A DNA stretch of 58,475 bases from an uncultured Bacilli bacterium (GCA_947586825.1 CANPXU010000005.1:1-58475); one strand, 5' to 3'. Counted from the stretch's first letter, positions 28,805 through 38,945 are shown. Made by a program: numbers and translations. The notes: a model not told the origin generated them from the sequence alone.

Positions 28805-29471
28805 AATAATTGTTATCGAAGGTACTGATTGTTCAGGTAAAGCTAGCCAAGCAGGTTTATTATTAGCATATTTAAAGCAAAAAGATATAAAAGTAGCAGA
28901 GTTTTCCTATCCTCGATATGATACTCCTACAGGTAAAATAGTCGGAGGCCCATATCTTGGTAAAAGCTATATATGTGATGGTTGGTTTCCTGAAGGAGCA
29001 GATGCTGTTGATCCTAGAGTAGCAAGTTTATATTATGCTGCAGACAGATTATATAACGCTGAAATAATTCAAAAAAAATTAGATGAAGGATATACCATAT
29101 TATTGGATCGTTATGTATATAGTAGTATGGGACACCAAGGAGGTAAGTATAGAAATAAAAAAGATCGCTTGAAGATGTATAAATTTATTGAAAAGCTTGA
29201 ATTTGATTTATTAGGCTTACCTAGACCTGATGCTGTTATATTTTTATATATGCCACCAGATAAGGCTAAATCTTTAAGAACCGAAAGAGCAGAGAAGTTA
29301 GATCAACATGAAGCTAATGATACCCATTTAAGACATGCAGCTGAAAGTTATCTTGAACTAGCTAAACTTTATAATTTTAGTATTATTGATTGTATTAAAG
29401 ATGGTAAACCACGAACTCGTGAAGACATTCATGCAGAAGTTGTAAGGGTTTACGATAATTTAACTCAATAA
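28791..29471 (+). CDS. tmk: Thymidylate kinase
   Basis: IVIEGTDCSGK, LLDRYVYSS, LPRPDAVIFL. Confidence 0.9.
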   Translation: MSKGKIIVIEGTDCSGKASQAGLLLAYLKQKDIKVAEFSYPRYDTPTGKIVGGPYLGKSYICDGWFPEGADAVDPRVASLYYAADRLYNAEIIQKKLDEGYTILLDRYVYSSMGHQGGKYRNKKDRLKMYKFIEKLEFDLLGLPRPDAVIFLYMPPDKAKSLRTERAEKLDQHEANDTHLRHAAESYLELAKLYNFSIIDCIKDGKPRTREDIHAEVVRVYDNLTQ

Positions 29472-29554
29472 ATGACTATATTCGACATAGGGTTTTATAA
29501 AAACCCTTTTTTTATTGATTAATATATGTTATTATAATATTGAGGTAGAACGAT

Positions 29555-30613
29555 ATGAAGGAATGGTTCAATAATAAGATTTTGGCTCATAAAAAACGTT
29601 ATATTATTATCGGTATCGTTCTTTTAATTTTGATTATATTTGTAGCAGCAGCCCTTTTTTCACATGGCTTTTTTACTAATTCAAGTGTTAACTTAATATT
29701 GAGTGGAACTGCTGAAATAGATAGTTCGGATATTAGACTTAGAATTTATTTACAAGAGAAAAAAAATGGAGCTCCTGTAGATAGCTATGCTGAATCTGTT
29801 GGTAGTGCCGTAGATGCAGAAAATTATATATTCAATCCTGCGAAGTCACATTGCACTGATGGCGAAGAAATTATTAAAGTTGAAAAAGGCGTTCTCACAA
29901 TTTCCTATGGCAAAAGAGGAACTTGCTCAGCTTATTTTGATGTTGTTACAAAAGACTATGATATAGTAACTAAGGTTTATAAAGAAAAAGATGGAGAACC
30001 TGGTAAATATGAGTATGTAGATAGTGGCACTGTTGATACGAGTCAATATAAGCTTAGTACAGAGTTATCTGATTGTACAAAAAATGGAACAGTAACTGCT
30101 GAAGGCAAAGCGTCATTTACTGGAATAGGTACTTGTGAAATTGTATATAAGAAAGATACTACTCAATGCTTTGTGGCAGGAACAAAAGTATCAGCAGAAA
30201 ATGGTTACGTAAATATTGAGAATATCAAAGTTGGCGATTTAGTGTGGTCAGTATCTGAAGAAACAGGTGAAAGAGAATTAAAGTCAGTATCAAATACGAT
30301 TATAAATGAAACAACAGAAATATATAAGATTAAAGTAGGTAACGTGACTATCGAAGCTACGCCAAGACACAGATTCTATGTAATGGATAAAGGCTGGGTA
30401 AGAGCATACGATTTAGAAGAAGGAGATTACCTTGTTAGTGGAGATAATAAAGAAAGACAAGAAATAACAGAAATAGTACACAAAACGAACTTAAATAATA
30501 CAAAGGTATATAATTTAGAAGTTGAAGATAATCATAATTATTTAATAAGTAGTGATGAAATATTAGTGCATAATGGTTCAACTACTAGTGGTGTAGAAAT
30601 ACTACCTGGATAA
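29555..30613 (+). CDS. Exported protein with two Cys-paired modules and a C-terminal Hint (intein-like) domain
   Basis: TM ending SHGFF; Hint from Cys205 (CFVAGT, nt 30167) through TPRH and VYNLEV to VHN340 (nt 30574), then 12 aa. Confidence 0.85.
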   Translation: MKEWFNNKILAHKKRYIIIGIVLLILIIFVAAALFSHGFFTNSSVNLILSGTAEIDSSDIRLRIYLQEKKNGAPVDSYAESVGSAVDAENYIFNPAKSHCTDGEEIIKVEKGVLTISYGKRGTCSAYFDVVTKDYDIVTKVYKEKDGEPGKYEYVDSGTVDTSQYKLSTELSDCTKNGTVTAEGKASFTGIGTCEIVYKKDTTQCFVAGTKVSAENGYVNIENIKVGDLVWSVSEETGERELKSVSNTIINETTEIYKIKVGNVTIEATPRHRFYVMDKGWVRAYDLEEGDYLVSGDNKERQEITEIVHKTNLNNTKVYNLEVEDNHNYLISSDEILVHNGSTTSGVEILPG

Positions 30614-30638
30614 CATTCGTAGCAAGTCAATATAATAA

Positions 30639-30670
30639 AACGAGATTTTGACGAAGAAATCTTGTTTTTT
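30639..30670 (+). terminator. Intrinsic terminator
   Basis: AACGAGATTT / AAATCTTGTT plus T-tract. Confidence 0.7.
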
Positions 30671-30827
30671 GTAGTATAGAAAATCAAGAATAACAAATAT
30701 TCACTTGCAAAAATTATGAGCTAGATATCATGCTTTATTTTTTATAACAATCAAAAATATATTAGTTTATTCAAAATGAAAGACGCTTATTAGCGCCTTT
30801 TTAAGTGTTTTAGTAAACGTTAATTTT

Positions 30828-31382
30828 TTATAATTCTCGCATTTTATCTTTATTTTTAAATGGATCTTTTTTATCAATACGATCGACAAACAAAATGCCG
30901 TTTAAGTGGTCTATTTCGTGTTGGAAAGCTACAGCGATTTCTTCGCGGACTCTGATTGTTTTTTCATTACCATCTATATCGTTATATTTAACTGTGATTC
31001 TCGCATGTCTTGGAACTATACCTTCAACATATCTATTGACGGATAAACAGCCTTCGCCTTCGCCAACATAAACAAGTTCTTCACTTTGGGATATAATCTC
31101 GGGATTAATGATAATATGAGTTTCAAATTCACCAGTGTCTTCATCTTTATTAGCTATAACAAAGATTCTTTTGGGAAGACCCATTTGAATAAAAGCAAGT
31201 CCCATGCCAGGTCTTAAATTACATTTTTTAGATATTTCTTCATCTTGAGATAATTCTAAGAATTTTATACTATCATTTATTAATTTTTTATCTTCGTTTG
31301 AAAGAGGAAAAGATACCTCTTTAGAAACAGTGTGAAGTATTTTTTCTTTTTCATCTAATACTTTGATTTTTGGAACTTCCAT
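30828..31382 (-). CDS. def: Peptide deformylase
   Basis: GMGLAFIQ, EGCLSV, QHEIDHLNG. Confidence 0.95.
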   Translation of the reverse strand: MEVPKIKVLDEKEKILHTVSKEVSFPLSNEDKKLINDSIKFLELSQDEEISKKCNLRPGMGLAFIQMGLPKRIFVIANKDEDTGEFETHIIINPEIISQSEELVYVGEGEGCLSVNRYVEGIVPRHARITVKYNDIDGNEKTIRVREEIAVAFQHEIDHLNGILFVDRIDKKDPFKNKDKMREL

Positions 31383-31449
31383 AAAATAACCGCCTTTTTC
31401 ATAGCTATTGTATCATAAAACAATAAAAAAGTAAGCAAATAATTGCTTA

Positions 31450-31638
31450 CTAATTGTTATTATTTTGGTTAGTACCAAATCCCCATGCTCCGATGATAAT
31501 TACAAGTAGGATAAATAATACTATCCATATTGCCGCACCAATGCCATAGCCTGATGTATATCCACCGTAAGTGCCACCACAACAAGGAGAATATGAGCCA
31601 TTACCGCCATAATAGCCGTTATTTCCGTAATAATACAT
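31450..31638 (-). CDS. YjcZ/SscA-like small sporulation membrane protein
   Basis: Gly/Tyr-rich N-terminus plus IVLFILLVIIIGA; SD AAGGAGG. Confidence 0.65.
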   Translation of the reverse strand: MYYYGNNGYYGGNGSYSPCCGGTYGGYTSGYGIGAAIWIVLFILLVIIIGAWGFGTNQNNNN

Positions 31639-31761
31639 TTTAAACCTCCTTTATGTATCTAATATAAGATAAGCGAAAGTTTTGATTTTGACACTCAATA
31701 TTACACGTTTATTGTAAAATTAATTATATGATGCTAAAATTATAGTAGAGAAGGATAGGGT

Positions 31762-32919
31762 ATGAGAGACTTAAGAAAAGCTGACAAATGGTTACTTTTA
31801 ATCATCATAATATTTAGTATCTTTGGCTTAATTATGATATTTTCAGCTTCTTCAGTATCAACTATTCTTAGGTATGATTACTCATCCGCTTACTTTTTTT
31901 GGCATCAACTTATTACTTTAGTGGTAGGGTATGTTATTGCTATAGTAATACTACTTACGCCAACTCGAAAATGGAAATTACTTGCCTATTTAGGAGTCAT
32001 AGGAATAGTTTTAGCTCTTTTTTATGTTTTAATATATGGTCATATTTCTGGTAATGCCCGAAGTTGGTTTAGAATAGGACCTGTTAGTATTCAACCTGCG
32101 GAATTTGCTAAGAGTATTGCGATTATAGCTATGGGTTATTATTATAATAATATAGCTAAAGTAAAGAAAAATCTTTTTAACCTTTATTATATTCCTTTAG
32201 CTATTGCTGTTATTATTGCTTACTTAATATTCAAACAACCAGATAAGGGAGGAGCCGTAATATTTTTAATGATTGTCGGTCTTACCTTCTTATCGATTCC
32301 CCGCGTCCAAAGTAACTTTCTACAAGTTGTTAAAACGGGAGTTATAGTTCTAGTTATCGTGGGAGTACCTTTAGCTTTAAATTGGGATAAATTTATGTCT
32401 GGTGAAGCTGGTAATCGTCTTAACTTTCAAGATCCTTGTGAAAAATATTATGAAGATGAAGGATCAGGTTATCAAGTTTGTAATGGCTTAATTGCTATTT
32501 CAAATGGTGGCCTTTTTGGCGTCGGTCTTGGTAAAAGCTCCCAAAAATATATGTATTTACCAGATAGTCACACCGACTTTATCTTTCCTATTATATGCGA
32601 AGAATTAGGTCTTGTAACAGGAATTTTAATTATCCTAGGATACTTTTTTATGTTATATCGTATTAACAAAATTGCTAGGGAGGCTGATAATGTTCGTAAT
32701 CGAACTATTGCCTATGGTACGTTTTGGTTCTTTACCATACATATTATCATTAACCTATTTGGCGTACTTGGACTTATGCCTTTAACCGGTATCCCCCTTC
32801 CATTCTTATCTTATGGCGGAAGTTTTACGCTTAATGCCATAATCCTTTCTTTCTTAGTAATAAGAATATCTATTGAAAATAAAACAGCAAAATTCCAAAA
32901 AGAATTAGCAAGTTTATAA
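31762..32919 (+). CDS. FtsW/RodA/SpoVE (SEDS) family protein
   Basis: IQPAEFAK, QPDKG, YLPDSHTDFIF, LPFLSYGGS. Confidence 0.92.
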   Translation: MRDLRKADKWLLLIIIIFSIFGLIMIFSASSVSTILRYDYSSAYFFWHQLITLVVGYVIAIVILLTPTRKWKLLAYLGVIGIVLALFYVLIYGHISGNARSWFRIGPVSIQPAEFAKSIAIIAMGYYYNNIAKVKKNLFNLYYIPLAIAVIIAYLIFKQPDKGGAVIFLMIVGLTFLSIPRVQSNFLQVVKTGVIVLVIVGVPLALNWDKFMSGEAGNRLNFQDPCEKYYEDEGSGYQVCNGLIAISNGGLFGVGLGKSSQKYMYLPDSHTDFIFPIICEELGLVTGILIILGYFFMLYRINKIAREADNVRNRTIAYGTFWFFTIHIIINLFGVLGLMPLTGIPLPFLSYGGSFTLNAIILSFLVIRISIENKTAKFQKELASL

Positions 32920-32979
32920 AAAAGTATGACATTGTCATATTTTTTGTTTGTGATATAATATTTTTCTTGTGAGGGAATT

Positions 32980-33747
32980 ATGTTTCTAGACAAAGAAAAA
33001 TTAGATAAGGTTGCTAAATTAATAAAGAAAAAAATTTTACGTGATGATGTTAGCTTTAAAAAGGCTCGTTTTAGTTTCATTTGCAATATATTTAATGCTG
33101 TGATTTTAGCTGTAGCAGGAGCTTTTCATTCTTTTGCAGTAATAGATACTATTTGTCTAATATTTTTGGCGTTATCAACCGCATGTACCGTTGTTAGTGG
33201 TGGTCTATTATTAATTAAATTAAAAGAAGTAAAACAAACCTCCAGAGGCCTTGCTGTTAAATATTCTTTAGAATATGACGATTATGATGCTTTAATAAAT
33301 GAACTTAATGAAGCTTTAGGAATAGATAGGAAAGAAAATATGGATAAAGAAGTAGAATATACTAAAGATGGAAGACCCATAATAGATGTTGAATATGAAG
33401 AGGTTCCTCAAAGTGGAAGGCAAGATCATCATCCTGATTTTGTCGTAGAGCATGCTCCTGAGCCAAGAATAATTGATGTTGACTATACGCCTGTTGAAGA
33501 TGTGACTTTAGCACAAAATATTGCATATTTAAGAGAATATGTAAACGATGTTGCTTATGAAGGCTATGAAAAAGATTTAGCTATTATTGATACGATGTAT
33601 GAATTAGTTATAAGTGGTACCGTAACAGGACCTGTTTTAGATTCTATTGAAGATTCACTTCATACTTTAACGGAAGCTATATTTCTAAAAGCTTGTAAAC
33701 ATTATGATTTGCCAAGTACTAGAAAAAGAACTAACCCAGAGAACTAA
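32980..33747 (+). CDS. Hypothetical membrane protein
   Basis: Two N-terminal TM helices and an acidic cytoplasmic part. Confidence 0.65.
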   Translation: MFLDKEKLDKVAKLIKKKILRDDVSFKKARFSFICNIFNAVILAVAGAFHSFAVIDTICLIFLALSTACTVVSGGLLLIKLKEVKQTSRGLAVKYSLEYDDYDALINELNEALGIDRKENMDKEVEYTKDGRPIIDVEYEEVPQSGRQDHHPDFVVEHAPEPRIIDVDYTPVEDVTLAQNIAYLREYVNDVAYEGYEKDLAIIDTMYELVISGTVTGPVLDSIEDSLHTLTEAIFLKACKHYDLPSTRKRTNPEN

Positions 33748-35032
33748 GATATTTTCTCGTATAAAGATAATTTAAGAAAACAACCACTATTATATTAAGT
33801 ATTTCAGCTATTAATAAAGAATAAACTCCTATTTTTAAAAGGGAGAAAATAAAGATACCTATAAGCTTGATAATACTTCCTATAATAGTGATTTTTAATG
33901 TTACTTTATTTTGATTAATAGCTTGCATAAAAGATGAAAAGATAGCTTCCAAATAGAAAAGGATGAAAAAGAAGGATAAATACTTAATATAATCAGCAGC
34001 TGAAGTATCATTATATAAAAACGAAAGAATTGGATAACGGAAGATATAAATAATACTAGTAAAGCCAATACCAATAATAATAGCAAATATAAAAGCTTCT
34101 TTTAATCTTTTCTTAACTATTTTATAGTTACCTTTAGCAAGATACTTTGATACTTCAGGTATTAAAGCCATGGATATCGCGGCAATAAAAAACGAAGGAA
34201 TAGTTAAAGTAGAAACGGCAAAAGCATTATAAGATCCATATTCTAAAAGGATAAATTCAGGTGTATAGCCAACATATAAAAGGGTATTAGTAAGAATGAT
34301 GGGCTCTAAAAAGTAGCAAATATTACCGACAATCCTACTTGTAACCGTGGGCATAGAAAGGCCAAAGATATCATGTGCATCAGCTTTGCTATAAGATATC
34401 TTAGTAATATCAATTAAATCTTTTTTATTCATGCATATTAAAAAGACGATGATGGAAGTAAGCTCGGTGAAAAAAGAGGTAAAGATAAGGCCACATGCAG
34501 CATAAACATAGCCTTTTTTAGCAAGTAAAGGCATAATTGTTAAAACAAGAATAAGTCTTACGATTTGCTCGGCGGTATTGGATATGGCATGGGGTGCCAT
34601 TTTTTGTTTGCCATAAAAGTAGCCCTTTAAGATGCACGCAATTGAGGCAAAAGGAAAGGTATAACTCATCGCAATTAACAAAGGATAACAATTAGGCTCT
34701 TTTAAAAGATTATTAGCTATATATGGAGCTGTTATATGGATAATTATGATAATAAGAAGATTTAGTAAAATGATTATAATACTTGCGGTATTAATTACTT
34801 TGACATCTTCTTTTTCGGATATTAACTTAGATATAGTAGTTGGCATGGCAAAAGAGCTAATCGTCAAAAATAGGGAATAAGTAGGCATTACAAGCGTATA
34901 TAAACTGATAGCTTTAGTACCGACAATACGGGTAAAAATAATCCTAATAATCATGCCTAAAAGCTTGGTTGACATACCACTTATAATAAGTATTAAAGTA
35001 GAAGTTAGAAATTTGTTTTTGACGATTTTCAT
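33731..35032 (-). CDS. SpoVB-like MOP flippase / polysaccharide biosynthesis protein
   Basis: KLLGMIIRIIFTR, KGYFYG, EQIVRL; multiple TM helices. Confidence 0.8.
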   Translation of the reverse strand: MKIVKNKFLTSTLILIISGMSTKLLGMIIRIIFTRIVGTKAISLYTLVMPTYSLFLTISSFAMPTTISKLISEKEDVKVINTASIIIILLNLLIIIIIHITAPYIANNLLKEPNCYPLLIAMSYTFPFASIACILKGYFYGKQKMAPHAISNTAEQIVRLILVLTIMPLLAKKGYVYAACGLIFTSFFTELTSIIVFLICMNKKDLIDITKISYSKADAHDIFGLSMPTVTSRIVGNICYFLEPIILTNTLLYVGYTPEFILLEYGSYNAFAVSTLTIPSFFIAAISMALIPEVSKYLAKGNYKIVKKRLKEAFIFAIIIGIGFTSIIYIFRYPILSFLYNDTSAADYIKYLSFFFILFYLEAIFSSFMQAINQNKVTLKITIIGSIIKLIGIFIFSLLKIGVYSLLIAEILNIIVVVFLNYLYTRKYLSSLG

Positions 35033-35136
35033 TACTAAATTTATATTAGTAAGAAAGTAAAAGTATGACTTGATACTTTAAATTTAATTTGGCTAAAATT
35101 GATGACTAAATAATAGATTTAAAGTATAATATACTT

Positions 35137-35382
35137 ATGAACAAGGAAATAAAATTTAAATCATTAAATGAATTATATAAAAGATTATATCCCGCACTTA
35201 ATACGAGAAAAAATGAACTTGCCAAAGAAAAAGTTGAGGTAACTGAACTTGATATATGGAACTATCTAAAAGAGACTATTTGGGATAATAATGATGAATT
35301 AAATTTATGTGATATGGTTGATAATATTTTAAGTCTTACAGAAAAAGATATTATTAGCTACATTCGGAAGAAGAAGGTGTAA
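35137..35382 (+). CDS. ComN-like post-transcriptional regulator
   Basis: LYPAL...TELDIWNYL...W...LCDMVDNIL; sits upstream of rel, adjacent to spoVB. Confidence 0.65.
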   Translation: MNKEIKFKSLNELYKRLYPALNTRKNELAKEKVEVTELDIWNYLKETIWDNNDELNLCDMVDNILSLTEKDIISYIRKKKV

Positions 35383-35384
35383 TT

Positions 35385-37475
35385 GTGACTATAGATGATT
35401 TACTATTAAAGATAAATAATCCTGATGATATCGTAGTTATAAAAAAAGCTTATGAATATGCTCAAGAACATTTAAAAGATAAAAAAAGAGCTAATGGTGA
35501 TAAACAAATTGATCATGCTTTAGCAGTTACTGATATCCTTATTGGGCTAAATGTGGATACCACGACTATTGTCAGTGGTCTTTTGCATGACGTAATAGAT
35601 ATTGGTGATGGTAAAGAAAGTGAAATAGAAAATTTATTTGGGGAAGAGGTATTAAATATCATTACTTCCGTTTCTAAAATAAATAAATTAGAAATGGTTG
35701 ATGATTCGGATAGTAGTGCTTTATACTTAAGAAAAGTAATGGTCGGTTTATGTGATGATGTTAGAGTTTTATTTATTAAGCTTGCCGATCGCCTTCATAA
35801 TATGAAAACAATGGAGTGCTTTACCAAAGAACATCAAAAAAAGGTGGCTAGTGAAACTTTAAGAGTCCTTGTGCCAATTGCCCATCGTCTTGGTATGTAC
35901 TCTATTAAAGGTGAACTTGAAAACTTATGCCTTTATTACCAAAAGCCGGAAGTTTATAATGATATCTTGGAAAAATTAAATAATACAACAATTGAACTTG
36001 ATGGTTATTTAAAAGAAATGAAAGAAAGCATCTCTTCGATTCTTAAAGAAAATGGTATTAAGTTTGAGATTAAGGGCCGCGTTAAAAGTGTCTTTAGTAT
36101 TTATAATAAACTGCAAAATGGTAAGAAATGGGAAGATATTTATGACATCTTAGCCTTAAGAGTCTTTGTTGAAAAAGAAAGTGAATGTTATGCCGTTGTA
36201 GGTTTAATCCACTCGAAGTATCGTCCTGTTCCTAATCGTTTTAAAGACTATATAGCAATCCCTAAAGAGAATATGTATCAATCTCTTCATACAACGGTAA
36301 TTGGTCCCGGGGGTAAAAACTATGAAGTTCAAATCAGAACATATGAAATGGATGAGATTGCCGAGAAAGGTATTGCTTCTCACTGGTCATATAAAGAAAA
36401 GGGTACTAAAAGAGTTCAATCCATGATGGAGCAAAAACTGGAACTTTATCGCTCCATGATTGAAAGTAATGAACAAAGTGAAGATAAAGAATTTACTAGT
36501 TTAATCGATAATAATATCTTATCGGATTTAATCTACGTCTTTACTCCTAAAGGTGATGTTGTTGAGCTTCCTCAAGGATCTACGCCTATTGATTTTGCAT
36601 ATCGTATTCATACTGCCGTGGGCGATAAGATGGTGGGAGCTATTGTTAATGAGCAAATGATCCCAATTAATAGTGCTTTACATGATGGCGATGTAGTTAA
36701 GATAATGACTAGCCCTAATGGTAAGCCTAATAAAGATTGGTTAAGCATTGTTAAAACCCCTCAAGCAAAAGATAAAATTAAATCTTATTTTTCTAAAAAA
36801 GATCGGGAAGGATATATTGAAAGAGGAAAATCTTTATTTGAAAAAGAAGTACGTAAAAGAAAATTATCAATAAATGAACTTTTAAGCGAAGAAAATATTA
36901 ATAAAGTATGTTCTTCCGTTAAACTAAAAGATCTTGATGAAATATATCTTTCAATTGGTTCCTTTAGATATACTGCTAACTATATAATAAGTGTTATCTT
37001 AGGTACTAATACTGAAGATAGCATGGTCGTAAAGAGTAGAGTAGTAAAAAGAAATAATAATGATTTTGATATCTTAATTGATGGTGAAAAATCAATTCAA
37101 ACCCATATAGCTAAATGTTGTCTTCCGGTTAAAGGAGATAATATCAAAGGTATAATAACGAAAAATGATGGTATCGCCGTCCATCGAGACACTTGTCCTA
37201 ATATCAAAGGCTATGAAGATAGAGAAGTAAATGTCTCATGGAATGATGCTTGCGAAGGAAGTTATAGTTCTTATATAATCTTTAATGCTGCTCCTGAGAA
37301 AATTGATGAAATTACTTTAGCTCTTACAACTGAATCTGTTAAAATCTTGGGAGTTAGTGAGAAAACAAGTGGAACATTTGAGTTAAATGTATCCGTAGCA
37401 AATAAAGAAGAACTTGATAAAATAGTTACTAATTTAACGAAACTTCGTTATGTTAAAGGAGCAAGGAGAAAATGA
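35385..37475 (+). CDS. relA: Long RelA/SpoT (p)ppGpp synthetase with TGS and C-terminal regulatory domains
   Basis: IKLADRLHNM, GRVKSVFSIY, DILALRV, YQSLHT, EVQIRT, YVFTPKG. Confidence 0.95.
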   Translation: MTIDDLLLKINNPDDIVVIKKAYEYAQEHLKDKKRANGDKQIDHALAVTDILIGLNVDTTTIVSGLLHDVIDIGDGKESEIENLFGEEVLNIITSVSKINKLEMVDDSDSSALYLRKVMVGLCDDVRVLFIKLADRLHNMKTMECFTKEHQKKVASETLRVLVPIAHRLGMYSIKGELENLCLYYQKPEVYNDILEKLNNTTIELDGYLKEMKESISSILKENGIKFEIKGRVKSVFSIYNKLQNGKKWEDIYDILALRVFVEKESECYAVVGLIHSKYRPVPNRFKDYIAIPKENMYQSLHTTVIGPGGKNYEVQIRTYEMDEIAEKGIASHWSYKEKGTKRVQSMMEQKLELYRSMIESNEQSEDKEFTSLIDNNILSDLIYVFTPKGDVVELPQGSTPIDFAYRIHTAVGDKMVGAIVNEQMIPINSALHDGDVVKIMTSPNGKPNKDWLSIVKTPQAKDKIKSYFSKKDREGYIERGKSLFEKEVRKRKLSINELLSEENINKVCSSVKLKDLDEIYLSIGSFRYTANYIISVILGTNTEDSMVVKSRVVKRNNNDFDILIDGEKSIQTHIAKCCLPVKGDNIKGIITKNDGIAVHRDTCPNIKGYEDREVNVSWNDACEGSYSSYIIFNAAPEKIDEITLALTTESVKILGVSEKTSGTFELNVSVANKEELDKIVTNLTKLRYVKGARRK

Positions 37476-37912
37476 GAGTATTAATTCAAAAAAGTAAAAA
37501 TAGTAAAGTAGAAGTTGATGGAAAAGTCACAGGTAAAATAAATAGAGGCTTAGTAGTCTTTTCTTGTTTTGAAGAAGGAGATGGCCAAGCCCAAATTGAG
37601 TATATTGCTAAAAAGGTATGTAATTTAAGAATCTTTGAAGATGAAAATGGTGTTATGAATTTATCTTTAATGGATGTTAAGGGTGATATTCTATCAGTAT
37701 CTCAATTTACTTTATATGCTGATTGTACTAAAGGAAATAGACCAACTTATAGTAGAGCTTTAAATGGAGCTGAGTCTATCAAGCTATATGATGCGTTTAA
37801 TGAAGAGCTCAGAAAATACACCAATGTTGAAACTGGCGTTTTTGGAGCTGATATGCTTGTTAGCATTGAAAATGATGGCCCAACAACCATAATTCTTGAT
37901 TCTAAATCATAA
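37472..37912 (+). CDS. dtd: D-aminoacyl-tRNA deacylase
   Basis: SQFTL, GNRP, GVFGADM...NDGP. Confidence 0.95.
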   Translation: MRVLIQKSKNSKVEVDGKVTGKINRGLVVFSCFEEGDGQAQIEYIAKKVCNLRIFEDENGVMNLSLMDVKGDILSVSQFTLYADCTKGNRPTYSRALNGAESIKLYDAFNEELRKYTNVETGVFGADMLVSIENDGPTTIILDSKS

Positions 37913-37936
37913 GATTAAATAAATGCTAGATAACAA

Positions 37937-38065
37937 TTGACTTTTATGCTTATTTTTGTTAATATTAAATCGCTTTAAGTCATTTCATCCACTCTAAAAA
38001 GGTTATAAATGTATTTAATACTACCTTAAAGGTGTGACTTATAAATATTAAAGGAGGTTAGAGAA
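37937..38065 (+). promoter_or_regulatory. rplU promoter plus structured 5' leader (L21-leader candidate)
   Basis: TTGACT-17-TAATAT; leader closed by AAGTCA/TGACTT with inner AAGGT/ACCTT pairing; L21 leaders are known upstream of rplU in Bacillota. Confidence 0.45.
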
Positions 38066-38365
38066 ATGAAAGCAATCTTTCAAACAGGCGGAAAACAATA
38101 CTATGTTGCTGAAGGTGATCACGTTTATATTGAAAAATTAGATGCTGAAGCTGGTAGCAAAGTAACTTTTGAAGAAGTTTTATTCGCTGGTGGTAAAGCT
38201 GGTAATCCTTATGTAAAAGGAGCTAGCATTGAAGCTGAAGTTATTAAAAATGGTCGTGCTAAAAAGATAAAAGTATTTAAATATCGTCCTAAGAAAAAAT
38301 ATCGTAAAACTCAAGGACATAGACAACCATATACTTTAGTTGAAATTAAGAAAATTAATGGTTAA
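38066..38365 (+). CDS. rplU: 50S ribosomal protein L21
   Basis: TGGKQY, GHRQPYT. Confidence 0.97.
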   Translation: MKAIFQTGGKQYYVAEGDHVYIEKLDAEAGSKVTFEEVLFAGGKAGNPYVKGASIEAEVIKNGRAKKIKVFKYRPKKKYRKTQGHRQPYTLVEIKKING

Positions 38366-38367
38366 TA

Positions 38368-38664
38368 ATGATTAAAGTTATCAAAGATAATAATTTAATT
38401 ACGGTAAAAGGACATGCCAATATGGCAGAGTATGGTAAAGATATTGTTTGTGCAAGTGTATCAAGTATTATCTATACTTCAATTAATGCTATTGCTAGCA
38501 TTAATCCTAAATATATTGATGTCCAAGATGATGGAAATGTAATGACAATTGAGATTAAAGAAAATGATGAAATAGTTTTAAAATTAATTGCTAATATGTT
38601 CGAAATGCTTAAATCCGTAGCTAAAGATTATCCAAAAAATCTAAGTGTAAAGGAGAATGCGTAA
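38368..38664 (+). CDS. prp: Ribosomal-processing cysteine protease Prp
   Basis: GHA...[10 protein letters not shown]; lies between rplU and rpmA. Confidence 0.9.
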   Translation: MIKVIKDNNLITVKGHANMAEYGKDIVCASVSSIIYTSINAIASINPKYIDVQDDGNVMTIEIKENDEIVLKLIANMFEMLKSVAKDYPKNLSVKENA

Positions 38665-38945
38665 TGTTATTTATATTTAATATTCAACGTTTTGCCCACG
38701 TTAAAGCTCAAGGTTCTACTAAAAATAACCGTGATTCAGCTGGTCGTAGATTAGGCGCTAAATTATCTGATGGTGAACATTGCACTGCAGGTAGCATAAT
38801 TTATCGTCAAAGAGGAACTAAGATTTATCCGGGTACTAATGTTGGTATGGGTAAAGATCATACTTTATTTGCTAAGATTGATGGCGTAGTAAAGTTTGAA
38901 AGAATGGGTAGAGATAAGAAAAAAGTCAGTGTTTATGCTGAATAA
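38664..38945 (+). CDS. rpmA: 50S ribosomal protein L27 with cleavable N-terminal extension
   Basis: NIQRFA extension; [15 protein letters not shown]; RQRGTK. Confidence 0.97.
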   Translation: MLFIFNIQRFAHVKAQGSTKNNRDSAGRRLGAKLSDGEHCTAGSIIYRQRGTKIYPGTNVGMGKDHTLFAKIDGVVKFERMGRDKKKVSVYAE

